Positions 62,701 to 64,000 of a stretch of 64,000 nt of DNA are shown in pieces. Source of the stretch: Nemertoderma westbladi (taxonomy: Eukaryota > Animalia > Xenacoelomorpha); NCBI GenBank assembly GCA_032718475.1, contig JAUCBJ010000548.1:1-64000 (forward strand). Direction: 5' to 3'. The notes under the pieces are model-generated. The model was not told the origin of the DNA. It saw only the letters and a list, made by a program, of their open reading frames with translations, and did not search any database. The stretch's first letter is position 1. Each line of letters starts with the position of its first letter. Both the position numbers and the translations under genes were made by a program.

Positions 62701-64000
62701 CATATAGGCCTACTAAAGGCCATGATACACCACAGGAGCGGCAGCAGCAGGCGGCCACGGCGAGCAGGCGGCCACGGCGAGCAGCCGCTGTGAACAGCGA
62801 CTTTTGTTATGATACACCAGAGGAGTGGCGAGCGGCAGCAGCCATTTGTGGTGTATCATGAAGCCAGTTGGGCATCATCACTCGGATTACTGTACTGATG
62901 CCAACAATAATGCCTTCCCGAATCAGTTAAAATATTTACCTTTACTTCCAAGCAAGGTATAATGCATGTCGGACTATTATGACGCACTTTTAAGACAATT
63001 TTCATTTTCACATATTTTTGCTGGAGACCGTTATATAAAGTCTAGTTATTGATTATAATGATTATAATGCAAAATCTTCGGACTATTACTGTATAATTTA
63101 ATAATTTAATTATGTTCATAATTAAGTCTCAAACAATTTGAGTAATTAATTGTCATCTTATAACAAATTTATTACGAACAAAGCCATCTAAAATTTAGAA
63201 ATTAAAAATATAGAGACAGGAATACAAAGCAAGCAAACAGTTGGCTGCGTATGGTTGGTTGGTTGGGTTGGGAGTGTTGGGAGTTACTCCTACCCCTTGT
63301 TTTGCTCCCATTAACCCTAGCTGGGCTGAACCTACAACCAATGGATTGCAGGCCCGGCACTCAACCAACTGAGCTATCCCGCCTTTTGGAATAACACCCC
63401 TTTCTTCTTTAAAGGTGCGGTTTGTAGTGGCCCCGGTATATGCCCTATGTATAACTTTACAACAGCTGTCTCACAAGACCTTGGCTTTATCACTTACCAA
63501 TCAAATTCATTCTCTATAAAGGGAGTTGAATACTTAACGACTACTTTGTTTAATTCTGGCTACTCATATTGATCGATTGATATATCTGATCAAATAGCGG
63601 CCCACTGAACTTTTTCCCCCAATGAATCGTTATGATTTAGGGGGTAGAGTACAAGACTATCGTTCCAGTTCAATATATCTCGGTTGGATACTGGTATCAC
63701 TGTATAGGGTTCTGGATTTAGTTTAGCATTGGTAATAATATGTAACCATTGTGATGGTACGTAAACGATCTTATTGCGAATCGACAGCTAAGTGTGACCA
63801 GGAATTACAAATTAATAACAGATGATGCATCAACCTTTGAGCTATGCAAACTCAGACTAGCAACTAATAATAACATGCAATTTAAAATCATTCAGCAACC
63901 CTGGGAAATTATTGCTCAGATAAAAGTAAAAAGAATTAATTTTAATATCAAATAATTATTATCTTTACATATGTTTTACATATCTTTACATGAATTATAT
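59350..64000 (+). repeat. Segmental duplication, copy 2 (runs off the window end)
   Basis: Colinear with 8160-12660. Confidence 0.92.
60495..62040 (-). mobile_element. Degraded CRE-like non-LTR retrotransposon fragment (longer copy)
   Basis: W*ADDA (decayed YADD) near 61975-61990, GPRIGY..EPTK, HFLGGYI, LPARHGGIGL, FRDNLALRYG and VRADLVAWGV. Confidence 0.75.

Overview
Eukaryotic (invertebrate-animal-like), AT-rich, transposon-dense nuclear DNA. From left to right: (1) a mitochondrial nad5-cob insertion (NUMT) joined to an RTE-type LINE endonuclease fragment; (2) a compact, very GC-rich Ty3/Gypsy element with intact gag/pol and a -1 frameshift signal; (3) a roughly 4.5 kb block that recurs at the window end; (4) an intronless sterol desaturase/fatty-acid-hydroxylase gene; (5) two large, young, full-length BEL/Pao LTR retrotransposons, 14729-33599 (TSD GCCTC) and 44132-58347 (TSD ATGTG). 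The two BEL/Pao elements differ in sequence but share two unusual traits. Each carries an extra ORF after pol encoding a DEDDy-type (WRN/EXD/RNase D-like) 3'-5' exonuclease plus three zinc knuckles. Each also lacks a TGG tRNA primer-binding site; the bases after the 5' LTR are instead complementary to a site inside the LTR, which suggests self-priming. The first element sits inside one arm of a fold-back structure around a small zinc-finger/acidic ORF, and the second splits a LINE RT fragment. All calls come from reading the sequence and ORF track by eye; no searches were run.
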